Shown: positions 7,262-15,054 of the stretch, one piece after another | Layout of the letters: each line of letters begins with the position of its first letter | Position numbering within the stretch: position 1 is the first letter of the stretch | Source: an uncultured virus (IMG/VR IMGVR_UViG_3300030202_000991) | Taxonomy: Duplodnaviria > Heunggongvirae > Uroviricota > Caudoviricetes | Reading direction: 5' to 3' (one strand) | Length of the DNA: 20,000 nt | Virus record (IMG/VR): IMGVR_UViG_3300030202_000991 | Translations under genes and position numbers: made by a program | Notes under the pieces: generated by a model | Told to the model about the DNA's origin: nothing | Database searches by the model: none | Seen by the model: the letters and a program-made list of their open reading frames with translations, nothing else

Positions 7262-9940
7262 TCAAGCAGGAAGTTTTTGCATAGGGTCTATTTCCGTACC
7301 TTGTTTGGTAGTTCCAGTACGGGATTCTCTTACCCTATCCATCATTGAATACAGTTGTTTTGCTCCAGCATCTGAGTTGCCATTACCTAAATGACTAACA
7401 ACATCAGCAGGAACTACAAATTCTCCATCACTTAATGCGGCTGGTTGTGTTCCATCTATGTTAGCGGGTACGAGATCAGCCATACCGTCTGTAGGCCCAC
7501 CTAAATAATAACTATCTAAAGCTCCACCTTGAGCTAATGTACGAGTAAGGTCTTTGAAACCACGAGAATTAGTATTGAAATTGTCCCGAATCTGATCTGC
7601 CGTAATACCTTCAAACTTAGGATCATTACTGTAATAAGCCGCGACTTCTTCAGGTGTGGTTCTACCTGCATCAAGTAAACGTACTATTAATTCTTCTTCT
7701 GTAAGCCCTTCTTGACCCATATAGTTTACAACGTCAGGAGGAGTAAACCCTCTGTTCCTTAACAAGTCTTCCGCAACATCTAATGTTCCAACATCGAATT
7801 TACCTGCTACCTGTGGAATATTTGCTTCTCCACTTTTTATTGCATCTACAACTGTGCCTATGTTATCTGATGAAGGTGTTGCCCCTGCCATTAAAAGATC
7901 ATAGGCGCTAAGTGCAGGTGTAGCAGCAGGTGCAGGTGTAGCAGCAGGTGCAGGTGTAGCAGCAGGTGTAGGTGTAGTAGCAGGTGTAGGTGTAGCAGCA
8001 GCCGCTTCAGTAGTATCTATACCTCCACTTATTGCCCCTAATAATGCGTCTCCCGCTGCTTGTTGATCTGCTACTCGTTTTGCTTCAGCCGCTTCAGCGG
8101 TTCGCATTTGAGCACCACCTAAAAAGCTAGGCGCAGTAATAGATTCATTTGTATCGGGATCAGTATAAGTTTCTTGCCCTTGTGTAAAAGTAACGGGGTT
8201 AAAGTAAGACCTGCCCATACTTCCGGGTCTACGTGATGTGCCATCAGGGTTGACAGTGCTAAACGCATTGTCTCTTAAACCACGATTAGCAGTGTAATCA
8301 GGGATACCACCTGTGTATCCTTGGCTTCCGCTAGTATCTCCACCACCACTAGCAAGACCAAATAAACCACCCAATGCGCCACCAACAAGTCCTGATAGCT
8401 TTGGGTTATCTATAATTTTGTCAAAGATGTTAAATCCGGTGCTGCTTGAACTAGTATTTCCAATTACATTGTCTATGTCTTGATCGCTTCCCGGCAAAAC
8501 TTGACTACCTGAAGCTCCGCTAAATTTTTTCACTTTCCCACCATTTGCGTAAATATAGTTTCTAAGGTCTTCCTCGTCTTCATCTTCGTCTTCTATAAAA
8601 GGTTGGGCTAAACTTCCTGCCATATCGTAGAAATATGGTATCTCAACTACATCTCCGGGGCCACCAGAAACAGTACGTGCTCCACTACCTGTAGGCATTC
8701 CACCGCCTCCACCACCGCCACCCCCAGCAGCGGGAGTAGAAGTAGAACTTACTTCTTCTCCAGTTTTAACAACTGGGGTCTTTTTCTCTTTAAAAGGGTC
8801 ATCTATAGGGGTAAGTCCTAATTTAGCAACTTCCGGTTCAGGTATACCAACTCCGCCTAGTTTTGGTGCTTCCGGTTCAGGTATACCAACTCCACCTGTC
8901 TTTACAACAGAAGCCGCACTATCCGTGTCACTTGTAGGTGTTGTACTTGCACCGCCCGTTGGGTCTGTAGTTTTTACTCCACTACTGCTACCACTATCAC
9001 TTGTCGGCTCTAATACTCCTGTGGTGTCTAGCGTGACTTTATCTTTGGTCTGGGTATCATCAGCAACATTTAACGCACCTGCTACCGTTTGAGCTGCACC
9101 TCCTAGACCCCCTGCTGCCTCTACCGCAGCTCTGGGTAAATCTAGTAACCCTATATCTCCGTCCATCAAGTCGCCCAAAACAGACCCCGCTGCACCTATT
9201 GGGCCGCCTAGTACTACAGGATTTCCACTAGAAGTTGTTCCTAAAGGAGTTGTTGGGACTTTCCCATCTTCCCCAAAAATATAAGTAGCGCCCGGAGCAA
9301 GGGGGTTAAAAGCTATGGAGGTATCTCCTAAAAGCTCATCTGCATCGTAACCAAAAAGACTTGTGTAAGCATCCAATGCTTTAAGTGCGCCTGTCCCGTA
9401 TTTGTCTACTAATGCGTCAGCAGCACTTCCAAGTGCTCCACCTACTGTTGACCCCATGACTCCTGATATACCACGGGAAGTATCCACACTTTTTTCGTTT
9501 CCAAAACTATCAGTAACTGTAGCTGCTTCAATTTGTTCTCTACTTACATCTAAATCTACCAAGGCTTGTTTTGCTTTTTCTATGTCAGCAAATTGTTTTG
9601 CTGTTGTAGGTTGCGGCCCTAATACTAAGTTTGCGTATGTTTGTGCAGCGTTTATTTGAGCTTGTTCAGTTATGGCAGGTGCAGAACCTCCTATACTAGA
9701 CATACCGCCCATAGACCCCATAGACCCTAAATCTACTAACCCTGCATCAACCAACGCATCCAGTGCGTCTCTGTTGGCATTTAAATCTATACCTAGATTT
9801 CCTTTTGAAGGCGTGCTTATTACAGAAGGTACATCGGCATACTTAGCGGGAACACCCGTACCAGCATAAGGAGCATCATCAGACCCAATATAGCTTCTGT
9901 CTCGAATAGCTCCTAGTAGTCTATCTAGCCCGTAATCCAT
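7262..9940 (-). CDS. Putative low-complexity internal virion/ejection protein (892 aa) with conserved C-terminal 'DG..D.VPA..SDGEFVVPADVV' domain
   Basis: Long ORF rich in G/A/T/S/P with internal repeats and Gly-zipper segments (LSGLVGGALGGLFGLA). The C-terminal GGPTDGMADLVPANIDGTQPAALSDGEFVVPADVVSHLGNG resembles a motif recurrent in phage virion proteins. Confidence 0.65.
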   Translation of the reverse strand: MDYGLDRLLGAIRDRSYIGSDDAPYAGTGVPAKYADVPSVISTPSKGNLGIDLNANRDALDALVDAGLVDLGSMGSMGGMSSIGGSAPAITEQAQINAAQTYANLVLGPQPTTAKQFADIEKAKQALVDLDVSREQIEAATVTDSFGNEKSVDTSRGISGVMGSTVGGALGSAADALVDKYGTGALKALDAYTSLFGYDADELLGDTSIAFNPLAPGATYIFGEDGKVPTTPLGTTSSGNPVVLGGPIGAAGSVLGDLMDGDIGLLDLPRAAVEAAGGLGGAAQTVAGALNVADDTQTKDKVTLDTTGVLEPTSDSGSSSGVKTTDPTGGASTTPTSDTDSAASVVKTGGVGIPEPEAPKLGGVGIPEPEVAKLGLTPIDDPFKEKKTPVVKTGEEVSSTSTPAAGGGGGGGGGMPTGSGARTVSGGPGDVVEIPYFYDMAGSLAQPFIEDEDEDEEDLRNYIYANGGKVKKFSGASGSQVLPGSDQDIDNVIGNTSSSSTGFNIFDKIIDNPKLSGLVGGALGGLFGLASGGGDTSGSQGYTGGIPDYTANRGLRDNAFSTVNPDGTSRRPGSMGRSYFNPVTFTQGQETYTDPDTNESITAPSFLGGAQMRTAEAAEAKRVADQQAAGDALLGAISGGIDTTEAAAATPTPATTPTPAATPAPAATPAPAATPALSAYDLLMAGATPSSDNIGTVVDAIKSGEANIPQVAGKFDVGTLDVAEDLLRNRGFTPPDVVNYMGQEGLTEEELIVRLLDAGRTTPEEVAAYYSNDPKFEGITADQIRDNFNTNSRGFKDLTRTLAQGGALDSYYLGGPTDGMADLVPANIDGTQPAALSDGEFVVPADVVSHLGNGNSDAGAKQLYSMMDRVRESRTGTTKQGTEIDPMQKLPA
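7913..8002. repeat. In-frame 18-bp tandem repeat, 5 units (3 perfect, 2 degenerate), encoding a Pro/Ala/Thr linker
   Basis: Unit TGCAGGTGTAGCAGCAGG at 7913, 7931 and 7949, with variants at 7967 and 7985. It encodes AAATPTPATTPTPAATPAPAATPAPAATPA. Confidence 0.95.
8817..8897. repeat. In-frame 39-bp tandem duplication (GGVGIPEPEAPKL / GGVGIPEPEVAKL)
   Basis: Identical 25-nt core CTTCCGGTTCAGGTATACCAACTCC at 8830-8854 and 8869-8893. Confidence 0.92.
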
Positions 9941-9946
9941 AGCTAC

Positions 9947-10585
9947 CTACGGTAAAGTTTCTGGGAGTGCTGAAATTAAAAACGCACTCACAATCGCTGA
10001 TGGCACTACAGGTCTTGGGCTTGAAGCGGCCTGATGGTTAAGGCTTACGTCTGTATCACTAGTTGCCCACATAATCTCTATGTATTGCCCTGCTTGCACA
10101 TCAATCGTAAAGTTATAGTTAATTGCGTCTATACTACCTGACCCAGACAACACATGCTGTTTGGCAGTATTAGTAACATCCGTACCACTTCTTTTTACCC
10201 AAACGTCAACTGTCTTGGCAGCGGCTGAACTACTGGTTAACTGAGCCGACACTTCAAAGTTGTAAACCCCTGAATGAGTTGGGGTTATTCGGGTATTAGA
10301 CGCTACGCTCATGGCTTCGCCAAGATACGTGTTTTCAAACTGTATGGCATATGCAGTGCCCGTAGACCCTGCATTTTGATCGACTGTGGAGAAGAACTTA
10401 CCATTCGGGGTGCTAATGAAACGACCCCCGTAATCTCCAGACAATAAGTTTACAGTATTTGTTAGGCCATTGAAAAACAAACGTAATATGTTGTTTAAGT
10501 CATCTAGGTAAGTACTTAGAGAGGTTTCTCTTGGAGCAACGGGAAGAGCTGGGTTAGTAACCTGATTTATAAGGTCGTTAGCCAC
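9947..10585 (-). CDS. Virion protein with C1q/BclA-like jelly-roll C-terminus; possible tail needle/knob (212 aa)
   Basis: GTG start overlaps the upstream TAG, with an AGGAGG RBS. An N-terminal helix (LNNILRLFFNGL) is followed by the beta-strand pattern SGVYNFEVSAQL...VDVWVKRSGTDV...GQYIEIMW. It directly follows the tail nozzle gene. Confidence 0.6.
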   Translation of the reverse strand: MANDLINQVTNPALPVAPRETSLSTYLDDLNNILRLFFNGLTNTVNLLSGDYGGRFISTPNGKFFSTVDQNAGSTGTAYAIQFENTYLGEAMSVASNTRITPTHSGVYNFEVSAQLTSSSAAAKTVDVWVKRSGTDVTNTAKQHVLSGSGSIDAINYNFTIDVQAGQYIEIMWATSDTDVSLNHQAASSPRPVVPSAIVSAFLISALPETLP

Positions 10586-12474
10586 TAGCCCCTCCTACCA
10601 TCAGGACGCATCTCTAAACGTGGTATGCCTAGCTTCCAAGTAACTCCAGCCGCTGTGGACTCTAGCTTAAAAGACATTTGCCTACCCCGTACCCGTGTAT
10701 CTACTATGCCAGTAAAAGCCTCAATAGGTGTCGTAGCTGTACGAGTAACAGTAGCGTTATCACTACCTCCTACTGAAGCAGGGCTATAGTAGCCAGACCC
10801 AGAATCTTTTAACGGTAATAAAGTAACAACAGCACTAGGAGAACCTGTGGTAGAACCTTCAAAGGTCAAATCAGGTAACATCTTGTTTATTAACATAAAT
10901 CTGTCACCGTCATCCAAATCAAACTGGGAAGAGGTGATACTGGCTGTTATGGCTGCTGGAGTGCCTGTTTCGTTATCATCCACACCTTTCTCTTGATTGA
11001 TTAATTTACCATCGAACGTAGCGGCTATTGGAAAGTCCCGTAAGTCAGAGTCTATCCACGCTGAACGTGACAACGTGCCGTAATACCAGATGTTTTCTAC
11101 GTAGTTATACACAACATAACGGTCATTACGAGTCACCCCAGAGGAACAGTAAAACCACCATATTTCATCAAACTCTTCGTTTGACCCACATATAATTTGC
11201 TCTGCCTGTTCACTGTTAAAATCGTCAAATACATAGCTGCGTACCGAACAAGGCAGTGTTTTAACTGTACCATCGTAGTAATAGAACTTACTTGTGCCCA
11301 TCCAATAGGCAATATTATTAGAGTAAACGGCTGCATTAGGGCTGGCTATGGTAATGTTAGACCCCAATAGGGTTGCACCCCACACCACAGGCGCACCTAG
11401 ATATTGTAATCCATACATAGCCGAGTCAGTCCATACCAATATTTCTTGACGTGCTTGTACAGCCTGAATGATTTCCGTACCTTCGGAAAGACTGAGACTT
11501 CCCGCTTGATTAGTAGCGGTAGGGTTCCAATCAGCAATATCTTCTTGGTCAGACCACCGTAAAAGCATAGGGTCTAAAGTAGAACTACCTACGGCATTTA
11601 CACCAAAACAAAAAGCAAACCTGAATACATCTGATACAAAAGCAATATTAGCCACAGTAGGCACTTGTGCTGCACCACCTAAAGAACTTACTAACACTCC
11701 TCTTGTAGTAACGCCACTACCTGCGTCCCAGTAATACAAAGCGCCGTTTCTATGGACAAAAAACAAGTCTTCCCCAAAGTTAGCCTGACTCCAAAGACGC
11801 ATTCCAGCAAGAGTAGTGCCGCCTGTACCCCATGTGCCTGAACTCCATGTACCTGCACCCCACCCAGTAAACGGAACTTCTATTTCGTTTCCGGTATTAA
11901 TTTGATAAGTACCTACAGTACTAGACCCTCCATTACCTGAGTCTCCCGCAGAAGCAGTAACTGTACTGCCAGAGGTGTCTTTGGCTTCTACGGTGTAAGA
12001 GTTATCATTTACTTTAGTTGCTATCTGGTACTCTTGGTTTAGAACAGCAGCCGTAATATTTCCACCCAAAGAAACAGCACCGCTAAAAGTAACAAAATCG
12101 TTAACAACCGCTCCATGTGCAGTGTCCGTAACAGTAATAGTGGCATCGCCGTTTACAGCCGCAAAAGTAACATCTCCCGCTGCTGTAGTTAACCTAATAG
12201 GAGTAATGTCGTTATAAGCCCCGCCTCTTTCAATGTAGTACTTAAGGTTAGTACCTACAGAAACAAGATTCTGAAGACTTAAAGTAGCCCAGTTATGTAA
12301 AGAGCGTGCTACTCCTAGATAAGTATTAGCAGACAGTCGTTCCCAACCACCTATCTTTTGAGGCAACCCCCTTCTAAACCGCACCTTTTCAGTTTCGTAC
12401 CAAGAACCTTCAGCCGCATAACGGGTGTTTTCTCGGTCTACTCCTGCTTTAAACTGTACTTTTTTGTAAGGCAT
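10585..12474 (-). CDS. Tail nozzle / head-closure stabilisation protein (P22 gp10 / tail tubular B-like, 629 aa)
   Basis: N-terminus GVDRENTRYAAEGSWYETEKVRFRRGLPQKIGGW, plus LRWSDQED, EIWWFY and DRYVVYNYVENIWYYGTLSRSAWID, and C-terminal RVRGRQ...PDGRR. The beta-rich composition and position upstream of the ejection genes fit this call. Confidence 0.75.
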   Translation of the reverse strand: MPYKKVQFKAGVDRENTRYAAEGSWYETEKVRFRRGLPQKIGGWERLSANTYLGVARSLHNWATLSLQNLVSVGTNLKYYIERGGAYNDITPIRLTTAAGDVTFAAVNGDATITVTDTAHGAVVNDFVTFSGAVSLGGNITAAVLNQEYQIATKVNDNSYTVEAKDTSGSTVTASAGDSGNGGSSTVGTYQINTGNEIEVPFTGWGAGTWSSGTWGTGGTTLAGMRLWSQANFGEDLFFVHRNGALYYWDAGSGVTTRGVLVSSLGGAAQVPTVANIAFVSDVFRFAFCFGVNAVGSSTLDPMLLRWSDQEDIADWNPTATNQAGSLSLSEGTEIIQAVQARQEILVWTDSAMYGLQYLGAPVVWGATLLGSNITIASPNAAVYSNNIAYWMGTSKFYYYDGTVKTLPCSVRSYVFDDFNSEQAEQIICGSNEEFDEIWWFYCSSGVTRNDRYVVYNYVENIWYYGTLSRSAWIDSDLRDFPIAATFDGKLINQEKGVDDNETGTPAAITASITSSQFDLDDGDRFMLINKMLPDLTFEGSTTGSPSAVVTLLPLKDSGSGYYSPASVGGSDNATVTRTATTPIEAFTGIVDTRVRGRQMSFKLESTAAGVTWKLGIPRLEMRPDGRRG

Positions 12475-12908
12475 TACTCTACATACTCGCCTGTTTTAAT
12501 TAAGTCGGTAAGCTCTAATGCTCTACCACCCACTTGTTTAGCCCAACGTGAGTCTAAGAACTCAGTAGCCGCTTCTGCGTATTCTTCCCGTTCCATCGCA
12601 GATAAAGCACGTTTAAAACCTCGTAAACGAGTTGCACCAAGATTAAAGCTAATGTCAATCATAGCATCTCTACGTACATCATCTAGCTTGTTAAACCACG
12701 GATACTCTTTTGCTAACTCCTTGATAACACGTTCAATATCGTTTTCAAGCAAGTATTCTACTTCATCTTCTGACAGACCCATGCCGCCGCGTTGGTCAAT
12801 GTTTCGCCCTACCCCTACAGTAATCTTTCCTTCAGAACACTCGTAAGCATGGGTTTCTACACCTTCATGGCGCTTTAACATGGCAATTAACTTTTCCATT
12901 TTACTCAC
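12474..12908 (-). CDS. Endolysin, GH24 T4-type lysozyme (144 aa)
   Basis: HEG...YECSEGKITVGVGRN gives an E15-x8-C24-x5-T30 triad, followed by FNLG...F and DSRWAKQVGGRA. The GTG start overlaps the holin TGA; an alternative ATG lies at 12899. Confidence 0.93.
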   Translation of the reverse strand: MSKMEKLIAMLKRHEGVETHAYECSEGKITVGVGRNIDQRGGMGLSEDEVEYLLENDIERVIKELAKEYPWFNKLDDVRRDAMIDISFNLGATRLRGFKRALSAMEREEYAEAATEFLDSRWAKQVGGRALELTDLIKTGEYVE

Positions 12909-13372
12909 TTCGTACTAGACCCAGAGAACCAAAATGCCGCCATAGTCCCCAGAATACCGCTTAATTGACCTAGCACCAGTGAGATAATAGTCTCATCATT
13001 CTGGTCATGGGGCATTATTGTTACGGTTAAGACATACGCTCCGTACAGCAGTAACGCCAGTATTCCAAACACTTTAGGAGTCCAGTCGTTCTTAAAAGTT
13101 TCTCTAGCGTGTTGTCTGTCTTCTAACTCGGACTTAAAAGATTCCAAGTCAATTTCCATTTCTTTAATACGGTCTTTAAACTCGGTATCTGCTTCCTTCA
13201 ACAGCACTGCTTTCTCAGGCTCTCGCTCAATAATGTCTTCTATTTCATTAGCTGTAGCGTCTGGCACACCAAGTTTCTGTGCAGCCATTTTAACTGCCAT
13301 ACCTGCCATAGGCCCACCTGCTGCACTAGCTATAGTAGGGGCAAGAGACTTAAGTAATCCACCTAGTTTCAT
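12905..13372 (-). CDS. Putative holin (3-TM GTA-holin-like architecture, 155 aa)
   Basis: N-terminal amphipathic APTIASAAGGPMAG, then a coiled coil ending in DRQHARE, two C-terminal TM segments and a terminal FWFSGSS. It lies immediately upstream of the lysozyme. Confidence 0.75.
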   Translation of the reverse strand: MKLGGLLKSLAPTIASAAGGPMAGMAVKMAAQKLGVPDATANEIEDIIEREPEKAVLLKEADTEFKDRIKEMEIDLESFKSELEDRQHARETFKNDWTPKVFGILALLLYGAYVLTVTIMPHDQNDETIISLVLGQLSGILGTMAAFWFSGSSTK

Positions 13373-13389
13373 ATAACATCAACCATAGT

Positions 13390-13414
13390 TTAATCAACGC
13401 TTCAGCGTTGTTAA
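13390..13414. promoter_or_regulatory. Hairpin in the largest intergenic gap, upstream of the holin
   Basis: TTAA-t-CAACGC-TTCA-GCGTTG-TTAA: a 6-bp core stem extendable by 4 bp with one bulge. There is no U-tract on the coding strand, so it is not called a terminator. Confidence 0.4.
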
Positions 13415-13624
13415 TTACTTTCCCGTAGAGTCTTCCTCCACGATCTCGTCAATCGTATCGCATACGTCTGGTATGGCTATGCCAGTAGTCACCTCAGTAG
13501 TGACGCGCCCTACAGCCCGTATGCCTTTGTATATCCCAGAGCAGTACAGTTCTTTGTTGGCTATCATCTCCTCAGAGACTGTACAACCAGCCATTAGTAC
13601 ACACAACGCAACAATTCTAACCAT
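13415..13624 (-). CDS. Small lipoprotein (69 aa from ATG 13624; possible o-spanin-like or lipase partner)
   Basis: MVRIVALCVLMAG|C is a signal peptide II-like sequence. GAGG lies 7 nt upstream of ATG 13624, which favours it over the track start at 13636. The mature part has two further Cys. Confidence 0.7.
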   Translation of the reverse strand: MVRIVALCVLMAGCTVSEEMIANKELYCSGIYKGIRAVGRVTTEVTTGIAIPDVCDTIDEIVEEDSTGK

Positions 13625-14366
13625 CTTTAACCTCATTAATAAGTGTTTTTAATTCTTTTACTTCTTCTTCACTAAGTTTAAGTTCTTCGTTTTGATTATC
13701 TAAAAACCCCTCTAACCGTTCTTTATAGCCTCCCATAAAGTGGTCAGTAATCCGGTCTTTTAACCCACCTCTGTCTTTATCCCGTAAATCTTTTGTAGGA
13801 TCAATAAAGTCTTGCCCACTATTGGCAAAGTACAGCATAGTCTGTGACTTAGAAGGGCCATAGCAAATGCGGGGTATACGCGCCACCATGTCAGAACCAG
13901 CCACGCAGGAAATTTGTTTATCTAACGTCATAGGGCGTTTAAATCCCTTGAAGAACGTATTCGGCTTACCAAAGGTAATAAGATTGAGGTTAGGGTGTTT
14001 CTTCCACAACTTAGCCGCTGTTAGCTCTGCTAACGCACCACCAAGACTATGCCCACAGACTAGTGTACGTTTCTTCATATCTAGGTGTTTTTTAATCTTA
14101 CGCCACACTGAAGCATGGGCAGCTACAAACCCGCCGTGGCACAACCTACCTGCGTAAGGTACGGGTACTACCATTGCATCGGTTAGCCAATCTTGGCCTT
14201 GTTGTGTACCCCTGAATGCAATCACATCTATCGTCTTACGTTTAGCTATATATACAGTAGTAGAGGTTAGTCGGCTTTCTATCTTGATGGACTTTTTGTT
14301 CTCATCATCGTACGCCTTCATACTCCACGAGCAAGCCATATTAAGTAGTACAGGGTCTAGTTTCAT
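13617..14366 (-). CDS. Class 3 lipase (alpha/beta hydrolase, 249 aa)
   Basis: IAFRGT, DWLTD, HGGF, GHSLGGALA nucleophile elbow, TFGKP, DMVARIP (catalytic Asp) and DHFM (catalytic His). The start is coupled by TAATG. Confidence 0.93.
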   Translation of the reverse strand: MKLDPVLLNMACSWSMKAYDDENKKSIKIESRLTSTTVYIAKRKTIDVIAFRGTQQGQDWLTDAMVVPVPYAGRLCHGGFVAAHASVWRKIKKHLDMKKRTLVCGHSLGGALAELTAAKLWKKHPNLNLITFGKPNTFFKGFKRPMTLDKQISCVAGSDMVARIPRICYGPSKSQTMLYFANSGQDFIDPTKDLRDKDRGGLKDRITDHFMGGYKERLEGFLDNQNEELKLSEEEVKELKTLINEVKDG

Positions 14367-14854
14367 TACTCAGCACCTAATCCAAATATTAAAAATACTA
14401 CTCCAAAAATTACTATGACTGTTCCTATCACCCACCCAAACATTACCGCTAAGTCGTGTATTAAAGCGTCTTCCTGTTTGGTTGCTGCCGCTTTCGCTTT
14501 CTTCTTAACTGCTCTTTTCTTCTCAATCTTAGCGGCCTCTGCTTTGATCTTAACCCAACGGTGGGTTTGTCCTTTACGTGAGTAATGGTCACGTATTTTG
14601 TTCATCATCTTTTCAATGCGCTCTTCCTGCTGGTCAATAGTAATGGCTTCCTCTAAAGCACTTCCTATCATTATGTCGTCATCACCAGCCAAACGTGCCC
14701 TTGTAATATGCTCCTCAACTTTTTTCTTAGCAGTAAAGAAACGGCCCACTTCACCAGCCATATCCTCCACTTCTTTCTTTTTAGCAATCGCACCCTGAAC
14801 CATGACAAATGCGCTGTCCAAGGCTTTAATCGCTATCATCGCTTCCCCAATCAT
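14366..14854 (-). CDS. Hypothetical membrane-anchored coiled-coil protein (~162 aa)
   Basis: ATG 14854 forms an ATGA overlap with the upstream stop and is preferred to the GTG at 14863. The body is helical and Lys-rich with a single C-terminal TM helix (VMFGWVIGTVIVIFGVVFLIFGLG). Confidence 0.75.
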   Translation of the reverse strand: MIGEAMIAIKALDSAFVMVQGAIAKKKEVEDMAGEVGRFFTAKKKVEEHITRARLAGDDDIMIGSALEEAITIDQQEERIEKMMNKIRDHYSRKGQTHRWVKIKAEAAKIEKKRAVKKKAKAAATKQEDALIHDLAVMFGWVIGTVIVIFGVVFLIFGLGAE

Positions 14855-15045
14855 TTGTACCACCTCGACTCGTTATCTGCGTTAATATGGCGGCAATGTG
14901 CCGAAATGTCGGGTGCTTCGGGTTGGTTATTTAACCTTTGGGCAAAATACAGGCAACGGTCTATGTCTTTAAAACACAGAGCTTCCTCGCAAGTCTGCGA
15001 TACTGTTTGCCCACCTATAGAAACCATCAGGATAAATAACACCAT
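14851..15045 (-). CDS. Small hypothetical Cys-containing exported/membrane protein (64 aa)
   Basis: Hydrophobic N-terminus (MVLFILMVSIG) and four Cys. It fills the gap between its neighbours and is coupled to the downstream gene. Confidence 0.65.
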   Translation of the reverse strand: MVLFILMVSIGGQTVSQTCEEALCFKDIDRCLYFAQRLNNQPEAPDISAHCRHINADNESRWYK

Positions 15046-15054
15046 GACTCATAC

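Noticed and set aside
7913..8897. Repeats as a CRISPR array
   Set aside because: They are tandem in-frame coding repeats with no unique spacers, and no cas genes are present.
5974..11336. Nested minus-strand ORFs 5974..6189 and 11133..11336
   Set aside because: They are short out-of-frame ORFs inside larger genes, with no supporting motif.
13390..13414. Hairpin as an intrinsic terminator
   Set aside because: There is no U-tract on the coding strand, and the downstream genes appear to belong to the same operon.
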